A stretch of DNA of 64,000 nt. It comes from an uncultured virus (IMG/VR IMGVR_UViG_3300005095_000031) (Duplodnaviria; Heunggongvirae; Uroviricota; Caudoviricetes). Position 1 is the first letter of the stretch; every line of letters begins with the position of its first letter. This document shows positions 19,662 through 29,275 of this stretch, in pieces. The position numbers were made by a program, and so were the translations under genes. The notes below the pieces were generated by a model. It was not told the origin of the DNA and did no database searches. It was given only the letters and a program-made list of their open reading frames with translations. Where the stretch lies: IMG/VR virus record IMGVR_UViG_3300005095_000031, one strand, 5' to 3'.

Positions 19662-21854
19662 CTATCTTACTGCAAGCATTTTAACATATCTTCGGCAATA
19701 TGGAACACCGTCATCGCCACGCATTTTTATAAGAAGATTGTTAACCCCGTCATTGTCTCCATAGTATCTTACATCATATGCGACAAGATCTGTTTTGTCA
19801 TCGCTGACAATATACTCACCGTCTACAATTAATGATTGCCCTATTTCACCACTACTATCAGAATCCACAAAAGAAATTATATTTCCACTTGCGCCAGTAA
19901 AGCATTCAAGATACCCTGTTCCAAACTCAGGGTCATTGTAGTTACCTGAGACTTTCATTTTAACAGAATTGAAAGGCATGTTATAGAATTGCAAAGATCT
20001 AAAAACACCATCTGATTTCCCCCACCCTATTCCACGCAACTGATCATAATACATCGTATCTTCTATTTCTGTAGTGTTTGTGAATTGCCCAATGTAACTC
20101 AAGTCTGATCCTGATACTACCATATACATCCACCCAGCCTTATCATACTCTACTATCTTTTCTTCTATGTCTATGTTTAAAATTCTTGACCCATCGCTAT
20201 TTGATATAAATCTAACTTTCCCACCTCCATCAACATCAACAACCTCGTGTATTACCCCGGTAAATGAAGACACCATAACTCCATTCGAATCATATATATA
20301 CACAAAATCTTTTCCTTCCTCGGCTTCCCCGTTTATTACAACACGCATATCAAATGAGTATTCTTTTTCAAAATCAATGTTGTTTTCATACTCATCTGAC
20401 ATAAATGTATCTCTTTTGTAGTATTTTTCTACTTTTTCCTCCTCCATCTCGCAAAAAACGTCACACTCTCTTCCTCCAATCATTATTTTATATAATCCGC
20501 TGCCTATCTCCCCAGCATACCTATAATCACTTCCTTCATCTGGATACCTGTAGCCTATTGCGCTGTCAGGAATGTGGCCATTTTCAAACATCCTTACTCC
20601 ATCGACCATTATGATATTTATTTCAGGAGTTGTTTCTATGTCAGTGTTTTCCCCTCCGTTTGCAATAACCAAATTTCCATCCACAACATCAATGTTTCCA
20701 TCAAAAATTTGAACAGAGTTATCAAGCTCATCAAACTCACCGACAAGACCTCCAAGATACTCATCTAACTTAAAGAAACCCTTATAATATTTAGTAGTTA
20801 ATACAACTCTTCTAAGTATATCAACCACCTCGCTTGGCACATCTTCTCTTACATTCTCATGTACCCATTCTACAAATTTTGGCAATACTACTTTTGTGAA
20901 ACCTATCATTTCTACAGATTCACCATTTAGATATAAATCTATATCTCTTGCTAGTCTTATAAAGTTGTATTCGTCGGCTTTTAATACAGTATTGCTTACA
21001 TCCATAAACGAGTCATACAATTTTTCTGCATCACTTAATTCTGCTTTTGTTGGCTGATACGCTTGTATCCCGTGATACAGCAGATACCTATTGTATTCAT
21101 CCATAAAACGTGTATTGTGTGTATCCCACAATATATCACGCTCATTTTCAGGATATACTAAAAGCTTTGACTTGTCATTTGTCTGCGTAAATATTCTAAG
21201 TCTTCTTATTACATCTGGATTTTCAGATAGAAAGTCGAGATCAACTTTCAACTTGAACATTATTGCGTTATCTTTGCCACTTTTTACCTTTTTCATTACG
21301 GCAAGTTGGTTCATATACTCTATTTTTGGTCTATATCCAACAATATAGTCCCCTTCCTCAAGCACAACATTCTCATTCATTGGAACTATTTTTGCATTTG
21401 CCTCGTCAGGCCATCCCCCAGGAGAAACATTTCTGTTTAATACTATAAGATTATATCTGTAATATTCATCACGAAAAAGATTAGTATAAAACCACAAATT
21501 TGAACATATTGTTCTTGGTATTGGGTATTCATTTGGAAAGACCTCTTCTGGATTTACTGGTATGATATCGCCAGTATGCGGCTCCATATTTGGGTTGTAT
21601 ACTACAAGCATCTCCTCAAAGCCATCTTTTGTCTGATTTCCATACTGATCTACTATATCCCAAAAAAAAGTCTGCTCACATGTTAAATATACATTAAACT
21701 CTCCGAATCCAGGCAAAAAAATAGTCTTCCCACCAAACCAAACACTTACCCATCCGTCGGCATCTATCTGGTCATATAGGTTCCCATCGTCTATTCTTTG
21801 CGTCAAATCAGGATCTCTAAAAAATCCGAAATGACCTACCTGAAGACCGTCCAT
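19662..21854 (-). CDS. Virion protein: FxxDPDL-family domain plus fibrinogen-like motif with CUB-like insert
   Basis: GFFRDPDLTQRI, VWFG, KSGKDNA; SGLYKI...VFCEM ... AGW. Confidence 0.65.
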   Translation of the reverse strand: MDGLQVGHFGFFRDPDLTQRIDDGNLYDQIDADGWVSVWFGGKTIFLPGFGEFNVYLTCEQTFFWDIVDQYGNQTKDGFEEMLVVYNPNMEPHTGDIIPVNPEEVFPNEYPIPRTICSNLWFYTNLFRDEYYRYNLIVLNRNVSPGGWPDEANAKIVPMNENVVLEEGDYIVGYRPKIEYMNQLAVMKKVKSGKDNAIMFKLKVDLDFLSENPDVIRRLRIFTQTNDKSKLLVYPENERDILWDTHNTRFMDEYNRYLLYHGIQAYQPTKAELSDAEKLYDSFMDVSNTVLKADEYNFIRLARDIDLYLNGESVEMIGFTKVVLPKFVEWVHENVREDVPSEVVDILRRVVLTTKYYKGFFKLDEYLGGLVGEFDELDNSVQIFDGNIDVVDGNLVIANGGENTDIETTPEINIIMVDGVRMFENGHIPDSAIGYRYPDEGSDYRYAGEIGSGLYKIMIGGRECDVFCEMEEEKVEKYYKRDTFMSDEYENNIDFEKEYSFDMRVVINGEAEEGKDFVYIYDSNGVMVSSFTGVIHEVVDVDGGGKVRFISNSDGSRILNIDIEEKIVEYDKAGWMYMVVSGSDLSYIGQFTNTTEIEDTMYYDQLRGIGWGKSDGVFRSLQFYNMPFNSVKMKVSGNYNDPEFGTGYLECFTGASGNIISFVDSDSSGEIGQSLIVDGEYIVSDDKTDLVAYDVRYYGDNDGVNNLLIKMRGDDGVPYCRRYVKMLAVR

Positions 21855-21857
21855 CTA

Positions 21858-22178
21858 TTAATAATCGCCTTTTAGCGATTCCTTCTGTTTCTTGTTCCTA
21901 TACGCCGCAACGCCAGTCATAACAAACGGTGAAGCAAGCAATATTGCGTCACCTTCTCTTTTCAGCTTTGTCAGCGTATGCTTTCTTTTTGCCATTGATA
22001 TAGCTTTATTTAGTCTGTTTTCACGTCTTTTTGCTTTTCCAGGATCAACAGAAGATAAACCGTCAATTGCTGATTTCCCTGTATCTTCGTAATGCTTTCT
22101 CAGCTTTTCCTCAAGCCTTCTTAGCCTTTCTTTTGACGCTCTTGTTTCTGCGCCAAGTACACTTTTTAATATTCCCAT
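21858..22178 (-). CDS. Basic protein with C-terminal hydrophobic helix
   Basis: 106 aa; AAGGA RBS. Confidence 0.6.
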   Translation of the reverse strand: MGILKSVLGAETRASKERLRRLEEKLRKHYEDTGKSAIDGLSSVDPGKAKRRENRLNKAISMAKRKHTLTKLKREGDAILLASPFVMTGVAAYRNKKQKESLKGDY

Positions 22179-22196
22179 GTTTATCCTTTGGTGATA

Positions 22197-24053
22197 TTAT
22201 AGCCTGTCTGCAGTTTTTATTTGATATCCACTGTATCCAGCAATCCAATCAAACTGTTTACCGTCATTCCCCCAAGCCCTATCCCATTCAATATCCCCAT
22301 CATCCAAGTCATACCTTCCCCAATCGGAATCAAGTGTACCATCCATATAGCAATGCCCATCACCGACATTTCCTGTGACCTCGTTTATGTTTGCATACAT
22401 CATTGCAGATCCAGAACTAATAATTGTCTCCATTTCATCGCCTATCTTAACAGTTGATTCAACATAATCTATGTCTCCAACATCTCTCAGATAATAGTCT
22501 CTTATTATCCATACGCCGTCCCCTTTTGATACCGCCATAGGTGCAGTTGATGCTGGAACAAAACTTCTTGGTGTTTCTATCGCTCCAACATCAGATACAA
22601 CACCGTCATTGCTCATGAACGTTGCAGAAATTTTTGAGTTGTAGCCATATAGTGTTTTCCATATAATTACTCCATTAGCCCTTGTTTCTACACCGCACAC
22701 TCCATCATATAAAAATGGGTCGTATTCACTAAATAATTTCCTTCCACTAATACATTGTGAATACGGGAAGCTGAAATACGTCATTGCATTCTTGCTATAT
22801 TTCTCAGGCGTAGTTCCTTCCTTTCCTACGATTATCCATTTCATAGACGCAGCGGACGAGCTATCATAGTCAGGTGCAATCCCTGCCCCCTGCAGCATAG
22901 GGACAAAGTCTCTAAGCATATCTACTCCAAACAGCAATGAATATGCGCTCTGAGTACTATCAAGAGTCGTCAACTTGTCCTGATTTGCATTAAACCAAAC
23001 AGGAGCCCACCATGTCGTATCACGAAAAAGTCTTTCTGTAAAATCATTATCTCCGAGATAAGGGCCTATCGCATACAAAAATTCTCCAATTTCTCCAACA
23101 AGCTCCCTAGATTTTGATACCAGGTAAACTATGTCGTTATTTCCATCCAATAATTTTGATATATACTCGTCCTTCATTTCTACGGCACCAGTAGAGTAGT
23201 GTGCATGGTTCATTAGGTTTTTATACATTGTTGATGGGCAGTACCTGGAAATTTTAGATCCGACCTCTCCGACATCTTCTGGAGATACCTTTATCTGATT
23301 GAAAACCGCAGTATATTGATCCATTGCCTTTGCGCACTTATCAACATCCAATCGTGGCCTAGTCAACCTCTCGCCATATCCACTTCTGGTGTATGAAAGC
23401 GTATCAGTCTGATATCCTGGCATTTCCGTAGCATCTCTACTATATGACTCCTCCCTGCAAGAAAAATCTCTTTTTGCATATTTCTTCTTTGTTTCACATG
23501 GTAGGCAGTCATCAGGGCTTGCTTTTGAAAACAATATATGATGCCATCCCTCTATATCTCTTATTGATGTAAGCCATGCGGTTGAATTAACCCTTGTATT
23601 AGAGATATTAAAAGAAGGATTATGATATATTCCTGCAAGGTCTATTCCAAATGGAGCATAAAACTGGTGTTCGAGATTTAGATACATATATCCTGCTATG
23701 ACTTCATTTTCATTTATTACTGTCATAGAGAAATATTTAGGAAGCACACTGTTTGTCATCAGTATCATTGCCCCTCTTAATTCATATATTCTTGCCCCAT
23801 CTGGTGTTATAACCTTCAGCCATGAACTTATTCCTCCCCCCTGCAGCACATAAACATTGTCCTTGTATGTCTCCACGGCAAGTATGGTTGTTGTGCCTGA
23901 TGTAACCATGCCAACAGCGCCATCCATCGGCCCTTCCCATACGTCAGCAAGTCCATACATGCTGGTGTATTCCATTGGGCCAGTGGCATTCCAAAACTCA
24001 TTAAATGTATTCTGAATATCTTCAAACTGAGGAAAGCTCACTCTTTCTCCCAC
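22197..24053 (-). CDS. Hypothetical structural protein
   Basis: 618-aa ORF near the start of the structural operon. Confidence 0.65.
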   Translation of the reverse strand: MGERVSFPQFEDIQNTFNEFWNATGPMEYTSMYGLADVWEGPMDGAVGMVTSGTTTILAVETYKDNVYVLQGGGISSWLKVITPDGARIYELRGAMILMTNSVLPKYFSMTVINENEVIAGYMYLNLEHQFYAPFGIDLAGIYHNPSFNISNTRVNSTAWLTSIRDIEGWHHILFSKASPDDCLPCETKKKYAKRDFSCREESYSRDATEMPGYQTDTLSYTRSGYGERLTRPRLDVDKCAKAMDQYTAVFNQIKVSPEDVGEVGSKISRYCPSTMYKNLMNHAHYSTGAVEMKDEYISKLLDGNNDIVYLVSKSRELVGEIGEFLYAIGPYLGDNDFTERLFRDTTWWAPVWFNANQDKLTTLDSTQSAYSLLFGVDMLRDFVPMLQGAGIAPDYDSSSAASMKWIIVGKEGTTPEKYSKNAMTYFSFPYSQCISGRKLFSEYDPFLYDGVCGVETRANGVIIWKTLYGYNSKISATFMSNDGVVSDVGAIETPRSFVPASTAPMAVSKGDGVWIIRDYYLRDVGDIDYVESTVKIGDEMETIISSGSAMMYANINEVTGNVGDGHCYMDGTLDSDWGRYDLDDGDIEWDRAWGNDGKQFDWIAGYSGYQIKTADRL

Positions 24054-24333
24054 ATACGTTTTTTATAAGAGTCATAAAGTTTTCAAAATCGTATTCTGTA
24101 GCTTTTACCCTATAGCTTCTTTTAAAGTTTGTATGAAAGTCGGTATGGCACTTGCTGCATAAGCAAACGCCATTGTCAACATTGAACCTTTCTTCAGGAA
24201 AGTATATTGCGCTATTTTTATGATGAGCATGCCTGTTTTTAATTGACCCACACGCAACACACCTTACATCTCTTCTTATTACTAAGGCTCTCCATATTCT
24301 ATATTCTCTGCTATTTCGCCAATTTGTAGCCAT
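24022..24333 (-). CDS. HNH endonuclease
   Basis: RDVRCVACG...HAHH...NGVCLCSKCHTDFH. Confidence 0.85.
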   Translation of the reverse strand: MATNWRNSREYRIWRALVIRRDVRCVACGSIKNRHAHHKNSAIYFPEERFNVDNGVCLCSKCHTDFHTNFKRSYRVKATEYDFENFMTLIKNVCGRKSELSSV

Positions 24334-24499
24334 TTTAAACCTTATTTTATTTGTATTATAAAATTGTAGCGAAAAACAGAACTTTCCAAACGGATAAATA
24401 AGCTAAAAAAGTTGACGATAAAACCAAGTGAAAAATGTAGGCTAAAATTGATGCGCCAGCCGCCATCAACTATATTTACCATCTTTTAAAAAGCTTTGT

Positions 24500-24703
24500 T
24501 CATCCAATAATGCTTTCACCAATCTTGTGAAGCGTATAGTCTTGATCAAAATCAATTTTCCTGATGGCTTTTTTTATTGAGTCTATTCCAACGAATATTA
24601 CTCCATCATGCTCCTCGCCGCCATCGACTATGACTATCTTCTCTACGATCCTAACAAAGTCGCCAGTAAGCTTATTTTTATAGATGTCTTCTGTGAATTC
24701 CAT
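24500..24703 (-). CDS. Small hypothetical protein
   Basis: 67 aa; TGATATAT element just upstream of ATG. Confidence 0.55.
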   Translation of the reverse strand: MEFTEDIYKNKLTGDFVRIVEKIVIVDGGEEHDGVIFVGIDSIKKAIRKIDFDQDYTLHKIGESIIG

Positions 24704-24739
24704 ATACGAAATATATCAAAAAAACCTTCAGCTTAAAAG

Positions 24740-24748
24740 TGGTATATA
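24740..24748 (+). promoter_or_regulatory. TGGTATATA phage promoter motif
   Basis: One of 8 exact intergenic copies, oriented toward the downstream operon. Confidence 0.65.
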
Positions 24749-24778
24749 TGTATGACAAAAAACACTAAAGGATTTTTC

Positions 24779-25267
24779 ATGGAAACCAATGCGACGATGG
24801 AAGTACTAAACTGCCTAAACGACAATGAGCAAAAAGAACTTGATGATCTTATGAAAAAGGCAGGGCTTACAAAGGTAGATAGCGAAAGTGAAAATACAAC
24901 AAAATACTCAGGCAAGATCAGATATGGATATAACCATGAAGTAGAAGAATGGCTAAAAAATAACGGAGTTCCATTTAAAAGATGGTCTGGAGGGTATGAC
25001 GATTTCTCACCTATTATGGTTATTTTCGACGGGATAAGAGAGCATGATACTCCCGCAGACGGAAGCGGAAATGCCCTTGTTGACATGAGAGCAATTGAAG
25101 CAATAAAGGAAATGCTGGAAGATGATCAGGAAATCAGAGCTCTTGTATATGCTAATCAACATTGGATCAATAATGATATTTCCTCAATGTGGAGATGGGG
25201 GATGGAAGAAACAATCAAGGTTGGAAACACAAGCATCGAAGACGCTGAAATTATCGAAAAGGAGTAG
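24779..25267 (+). CDS. Hypothetical protein
   Basis: ORF 24752..25267; AAGGA RBS favours ATG at 24779. Confidence 0.65.
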   Translation: METNATMEVLNCLNDNEQKELDDLMKKAGLTKVDSESENTTKYSGKIRYGYNHEVEEWLKNNGVPFKRWSGGYDDFSPIMVIFDGIREHDTPADGSGNALVDMRAIEAIKEMLEDDQEIRALVYANQHWINNDISSMWRWGMEETIKVGNTSIEDAEIIEKE

Positions 25268-25269
25268 CT

Positions 25270-25947
25270 TTGCATTTTATGTGTGTAGCAATCGGAGAAG
25301 CCGGGTTGCGAAGGATTGGAACGTATCAAGATTCTGAGCCATTGCTCATAGAGAATATAATAAAAGAAGAAAAAAATAAAACAAGAGTTCTGAAAAGCAT
25401 GTATGAAAAATTCAAAAAAGACAAAGTTTCATACATGCTTGATTGCGAGCTGGACAACACGAGTGATCACATAAAAAAGCTTGCCTCATTAAACGATGAA
25501 TATTTTTCAAGCCTTAAACTAAGAAGTGATGATGAAATTATTGATGATTTCATCAAAACACACGATATCACAGTTGAGGGAATTGGTGATGAAGAAATCT
25601 TCATTGAGGAGAACTATAACCCGCTAGGGTTTTACGACTGGCTTACAATGGGAGGAAGATTTCATGGAGCCATAAAATTGAAGCCAGGGTGCACAGGAGG
25701 CCTTGGTACTGCCGGATTGTTTGACAAAGATAGAACAAGAGACGGATATGACTCTGCAGTAATTTCAGACATAGACTGGGATCATCCTGAAATGAAAGAT
25801 TTTAAAACATACTCTTTTGTTGATCATATCGGGTATGTTGATATGGATATGTTTCATAGCAAAAAGCATTTCTATGAAGAATTTTATAAAGTTCTGAAAA
25901 ACACACCAAGCAACGTCACAATATATGTACTAGACATACACTCATAG
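25270..25947 (+). CDS. Conserved phage hypothetical protein
   Basis: HF.C.AIG start, YNP..FYDW...GGRF, C-terminal VLDIHS pattern familiar from phage proteins. Confidence 0.65.
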   Translation: MHFMCVAIGEAGLRRIGTYQDSEPLLIENIIKEEKNKTRVLKSMYEKFKKDKVSYMLDCELDNTSDHIKKLASLNDEYFSSLKLRSDDEIIDDFIKTHDITVEGIGDEEIFIEENYNPLGFYDWLTMGGRFHGAIKLKPGCTGGLGTAGLFDKDRTRDGYDSAVISDIDWDHPEMKDFKTYSFVDHIGYVDMDMFHSKKHFYEEFYKVLKNTPSNVTIYVLDIHS

Positions 25948-25955
25948 GAGACAAC

Positions 25956-26183
25956 TTGAGAAAAACAACAAAAGGCCTAACGTCAAGACAGAGGAAGATA
26001 TTTCAAAAAAAGCTTGAATCATTAACAGAGTCTGACATTGCTAGCATATGGAAAATATGGTTCAAGAAAAAAATGACCCCTGAGGAACTTGAACAGTTTG
26101 AAATGCTTAGAAGAGAATATAAGCAGCGCACTGGTAAAATACTCCCGCAGGCAGAAAACAAAACAACAAGGAGTAAACAATGA
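25956..26183 (+). CDS. Small basic hypothetical protein
   Basis: AGGAG RBS, TTG start, overlaps groES start. Confidence 0.55.
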   Translation: MRKTTKGLTSRQRKIFQKKLESLTESDIASIWKIWFKKKMTPEELEQFEMLRREYKQRTGKILPQAENKTTRSKQ

Positions 26184-26446
26184 GATTTAGACCACTTGGA
26201 GACAAGGTTCTCATCAAAAGAATCGAAGAGGTTACAACCAAAACAGGAATCATTATTCCTACTACTTCAAAAGACAAACCGCTTGAAGGCGAAATTGTTG
26301 CAATCAGTGACGAAATTGAAAAAAATATCTCTGTAGGCGACAAGGTGCTTTATGGAAAATATGCAGGAGCAGAAGTTACTATCGATGGAGAAGACTATCT
26401 ACTGATGTCTGTGGATGATATTAACGGAGTTCTTGAAGACGAATAG
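26180..26446 (+). CDS. groES: Co-chaperonin GroES
   Basis: [47 protein letters not shown]. Confidence 0.95.
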   Translation: MRFRPLGDKVLIKRIEEVTTKTGIIIPTTSKDKPLEGEIVAISDEIEKNISVGDKVLYGKYAGAEVTIDGEDYLLMSVDDINGVLEDE

Positions 26447-26463
26447 CGGGAAGTCCCGCTATT
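26442..26463. terminator. Hairpin between convergent genes
   Basis: AATAGCGGG-AAGT-CCCGCTATT perfect inverted repeat. Confidence 0.7.
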
Positions 26464-26466
26464 TAA

Positions 26467-27468
26467 TTACTTCTGATCTTTTTTAGATCCGAATAATTTT
26501 GAAGCACCATACCCGGCACCACCAACAAGAGCTACAGTACCAGCAGCTTTTCCTGCACCTACAGCAGCAGCTTTATTCCTCTGCTTGGCAAGATTTGCAA
26601 ACGAAGCAGTCTCTTTGCCTGCGTCAGTAAACTCTTTCATACTTTTGGTCTTCTTAATCGCCTCTCTGATGTCATCATATCCAGAATACTTTTTAGCGCC
26701 ACCAGCTACACTTTTTGCAGCGGAAGCAACACCATCTTTTGCAGACTTTAGGCCCTCAAGAATTTTTTCACCAGCTTTTGCGGCCTGCTCCTTCACTCCA
26801 GCTTCTTTTTCAAGCTCTTCGCCATAAGCAGCAGCAATAACAGAATCAACATCATTCAGATCAAGACCAAGCTCACTAGCAACTTCTGCAGCCTCCTCTT
26901 GGGATAATGCACCACTCATATATGCATCGGCAACTCCTGCGCACTTCTCAAGATATGTACCTTCGCTTGCTACCTTCTGAAGAAATCCGATAGCCTCTTC
27001 AGCGGCAGCAGTCTTTTCCATATCTCCGGGCTCACCGTATGCAGCCATAAAGACACTTGCTACATCTTCAGGAGAAACACCAATCTCTTCAGCAAGAGTA
27101 TCACCCTCTTCGGCAGAGATTGCACCTGCAGCATATGCATCGGCAACAGCAGCGCACTTCTCAAGATATGTTGAGTTCTCATCAGAAGCAACTTTTACCA
27201 GGAAGTCTGCAGCCTCAGAAGCTACCTTTTCCAGATCACCTTCTACCTCGGTGTTTTCAGAGGCGGTCTTCTCCATACCTTCTTCAGGCTGTCCATAGAT
27301 GGCATTATGCAAAGCAAGCAGATCTTTGGCCGCAATTCCAGCCTCAGAAGCGATTGCGTCAGCCTCTTCACCAGTTACTTCGCCAGCCGCATAAGCATCA
27401 ACAATAGCGGCGACTTTTTCCAGATAAGTCTTTTCAGTATCTTGAGCGATTTTCTGTAGATCAGTCAT
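26467..27468 (-). CDS. Acidic Ala-rich protein with three internal repeats, multiple xxKxA motifs and C-terminal Gly-rich helix (probable virion protein)
   Basis: 3x TYLEK(V/C)AxxxDAYxxG; own TGATATAAT promoter and AAGGA RBS. Confidence 0.75.
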   Translation of the reverse strand: MTDLQKIAQDTEKTYLEKVAAIVDAYAAGEVTGEEADAIASEAGIAAKDLLALHNAIYGQPEEGMEKTASENTEVEGDLEKVASEAADFLVKVASDENSTYLEKCAAVADAYAAGAISAEEGDTLAEEIGVSPEDVASVFMAAYGEPGDMEKTAAAEEAIGFLQKVASEGTYLEKCAGVADAYMSGALSQEEAAEVASELGLDLNDVDSVIAAAYGEELEKEAGVKEQAAKAGEKILEGLKSAKDGVASAAKSVAGGAKKYSGYDDIREAIKKTKSMKEFTDAGKETASFANLAKQRNKAAAVGAGKAAGTVALVGGAGYGASKLFGSKKDQK

Positions 27469-27522
27469 CGTTTATTTCCTTTTTTCTTTTTTTGATTTTA
27501 AATTGGAAACTCCAATGGAACA

Positions 27523-27531
27523 ATTATATCA
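27523..27531 (-). promoter_or_regulatory. Extended -10 promoter TGATATAAT
   Basis: Exact TGnTATAAT upstream of the 27468 start. Confidence 0.6.
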
Positions 27532-27562
27532 CAGTTTTTCAGTAATACAAACTAAAAAAAAG

Positions 27563-27832
27563 TTATAAATTTTCCAATCCATCTTTTGCCATAGACGATA
27601 TTGTTTCCCATAAAGCAACTTCTTGCTTATGTGCTTCAGTGTCTTTGGCCCTATTATCGGCAAAGCTCTTTATATATTCAAGTGCGCTTTTTTTACTTTC
27701 ATCATCCATAGATTCAAAAAAAACATCATACTTATATAATCTTCTTATGAACTCACTATCCCCAGAAACCGTTGTGCTCTTAATGGCCTCAAACATAATG
27801 TCTTCAAAGATATTATTCTTCGAACTCTTCAT
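27563..27832 (-). CDS. Hypothetical protein
   Basis: Last gene of an overlapping 4-gene minus operon. Confidence 0.6.
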   Translation of the reverse strand: MKSSKNNIFEDIMFEAIKSTTVSGDSEFIRRLYKYDVFFESMDDESKKSALEYIKSFADNRAKDTEAHKQEVALWETISSMAKDGLENL

Positions 27833-28115
27833 GTTTAACCCTTATTAAATCAATGTCTTTTTTAATTTCTCTAAGATTTATCATAATTACCTTTTCGCCA
27901 TTTATGGTTTCAAGGTAAACGCCTTTATCTATCCCTGGCCTAAGAGGAGTTAATGATTCTTCCTCACCAAGATTGTAAGCTTCTATATATTTAACAGCTT
28001 CTTCTGGCGGCTCTATTCCAAGCCTTTTACAATCATCAACAACTTCAAGCATGTCTTCATACCTGTTCCTGTCTGCGCTGGATAGTCCTTCGCATGCACA
28101 CCTACTTACCTTCAC
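27813..28115 (-). CDS. Hypothetical protein
   Basis: Overlapping operon gene. Confidence 0.6.
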   Translation of the reverse strand: MKVSRCACEGLSSADRNRYEDMLEVVDDCKRLGIEPPEEAVKYIEAYNLGEEESLTPLRPGIDKGVYLETINGEKVIMINLREIKKDIDLIRVKHEEFEE

Positions 28116-28296
28116 TTAATTCCTTTTCTGCTTCTTCGACTAAAATAATGGCATCCATTACTGCCTCGACAAATGTCAAGGCCAGCATTGTGTATTCATT
28201 AGATACATCAGAATTTAATGCAACTGACTTTAGTTTGTCTATCGAGTCTTTTACTTCATCCTTGGATTTCGAAAGACTCACCTCTACATCATTCAT
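28102..28296 (-). CDS. Hypothetical protein
   Basis: ATGA overlap with upstream gene. Confidence 0.6.
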   Translation of the reverse strand: MNDVEVSLSKSKDEVKDSIDKLKSVALNSDVSNEYTMLALTFVEAVMDAIILVEEAEKELSEGK

Positions 28297-28511
28297 TGAT
28301 GTTTCCTTTTTTTCTTGTATTCGGTCCTTCTGATTACTTTCATTATCCTGTGAAGAAATGGGGATGTTACTTTCATCTCTACTCCATGACTTCCATATTC
28401 CACAATCCTGTAATCAGATGCCGTGAACCCAAGTTTATCAAGTGTATCCTTAAGGATTGCAATATCGGAATCACTAAGAGTGTTGAGATTGATTGTTTTT
28501 AAGTATGCCAT
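28293..28511 (-). CDS. Hypothetical protein
   Basis: AAGGA RBS downstream of the TGGTATATA motif. Confidence 0.6.
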   Translation of the reverse strand: MAYLKTINLNTLSDSDIAILKDTLDKLGFTASDYRIVEYGSHGVEMKVTSPFLHRIMKVIRRTEYKKKRKHQ

Positions 28512-28551
28512 GCTTGTCCTTTTAAAAGTTTTTTAATGCCTTCCGCATCTA

Positions 28552-28584
28552 TATATACCATTTGATGAAGCTTAATGGTATATA
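28552..28584. promoter_or_regulatory. Back-to-back divergent TGGTATATA promoters
   Basis: TATATACCATT-11 nt-AATGGTATATA inverted pair between divergent operons. Confidence 0.7.
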
Positions 28585-28625
28585 CAAATGTGGAGCTTCT
28601 CCAAAACAAAATAAAAGGATTTTCT

Positions 28626-28919
28626 ATGGAAGAAATTGATCATGCTATTGTCGAATTCGACAAAAGACTTGAAAAGGAAGAGATGAATTCTGAGATAATC
28701 GATGAAGCAATAAGATCAAGAGAAGATGACTTTGTAGAGTTGTCAGACATGGTGTTGAAAGTGATTCAAAAGGCCGAACAGCTTGCAACAGAAGTATCAG
28801 TAGAACTGCATGACTTCGGAATAGAAATTGATGATGAAGAGATATTCGACAGAGCAAGCGATATCATAAAAGGTGCAGGAGATGTGTGGCTAGCCTATAG
28901 GATAATGGAGGAATCTTGA
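28626..28919 (+). CDS. Acidic hypothetical protein
   Basis: AAGGA RBS before ATG 28626 (the ORF-track start 28575 lies inside the promoter motif). Confidence 0.65.
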   Translation: MEEIDHAIVEFDKRLEKEEMNSEIIDEAIRSREDDFVELSDMVLKVIQKAEQLATEVSVELHDFGIEIDDEEIFDRASDIIKGAGDVWLAYRIMEES

Positions 28920-29266
28920 TGGGTACAAACTATTATTTTAAAAAAGGAGATGAGTTGCTTCATATAGGAAAAAGCTCTTCTGGGTGGAGCTTTTCTTTTC
29001 GTGGGTACAGGGGCCTCGGAATAAAGAGCGAAAAAGATTGGGAGAATATGTTTTCGAAAAATCCAGATGGAAAAATAATCGATGAATATGGAAGGGAGGT
29101 CACAAAAAAAAATTTCTGGAATCTTGTAGAATCTAAAAGAGACGGAAAGAACCATGCAGCAGAATGCCTGAGAGAAGACAATGAGCTCAATAGAAATAAT
29201 GCAATTTCACATTGTTGGTTTGACGACGAAACCGGATCAAGCTTCTGTGATATTGATTTCTCATGA
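28916..29266 (+). CDS. Conserved phage hypothetical protein
   Basis: MGTNYY...LHIGKSS.GW.F.F...IIDEYG...DFS pattern. Confidence 0.7.
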   Translation: MMGTNYYFKKGDELLHIGKSSSGWSFSFRGYRGLGIKSEKDWENMFSKNPDGKIIDEYGREVTKKNFWNLVESKRDGKNHAAECLREDNELNRNNAISHCWFDDETGSSFCDIDFS

Positions 29267-29275
29267 AAGGAACGC

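Noticed and set aside
873..23000. Many plus-strand ORFs opposite the structural genes (e.g. 18467..19207, 5360..5839)
   Set aside because: Antisense shadows of long minus-strand genes with Ser/Ile/Phe-biased composition and no recognisable motifs
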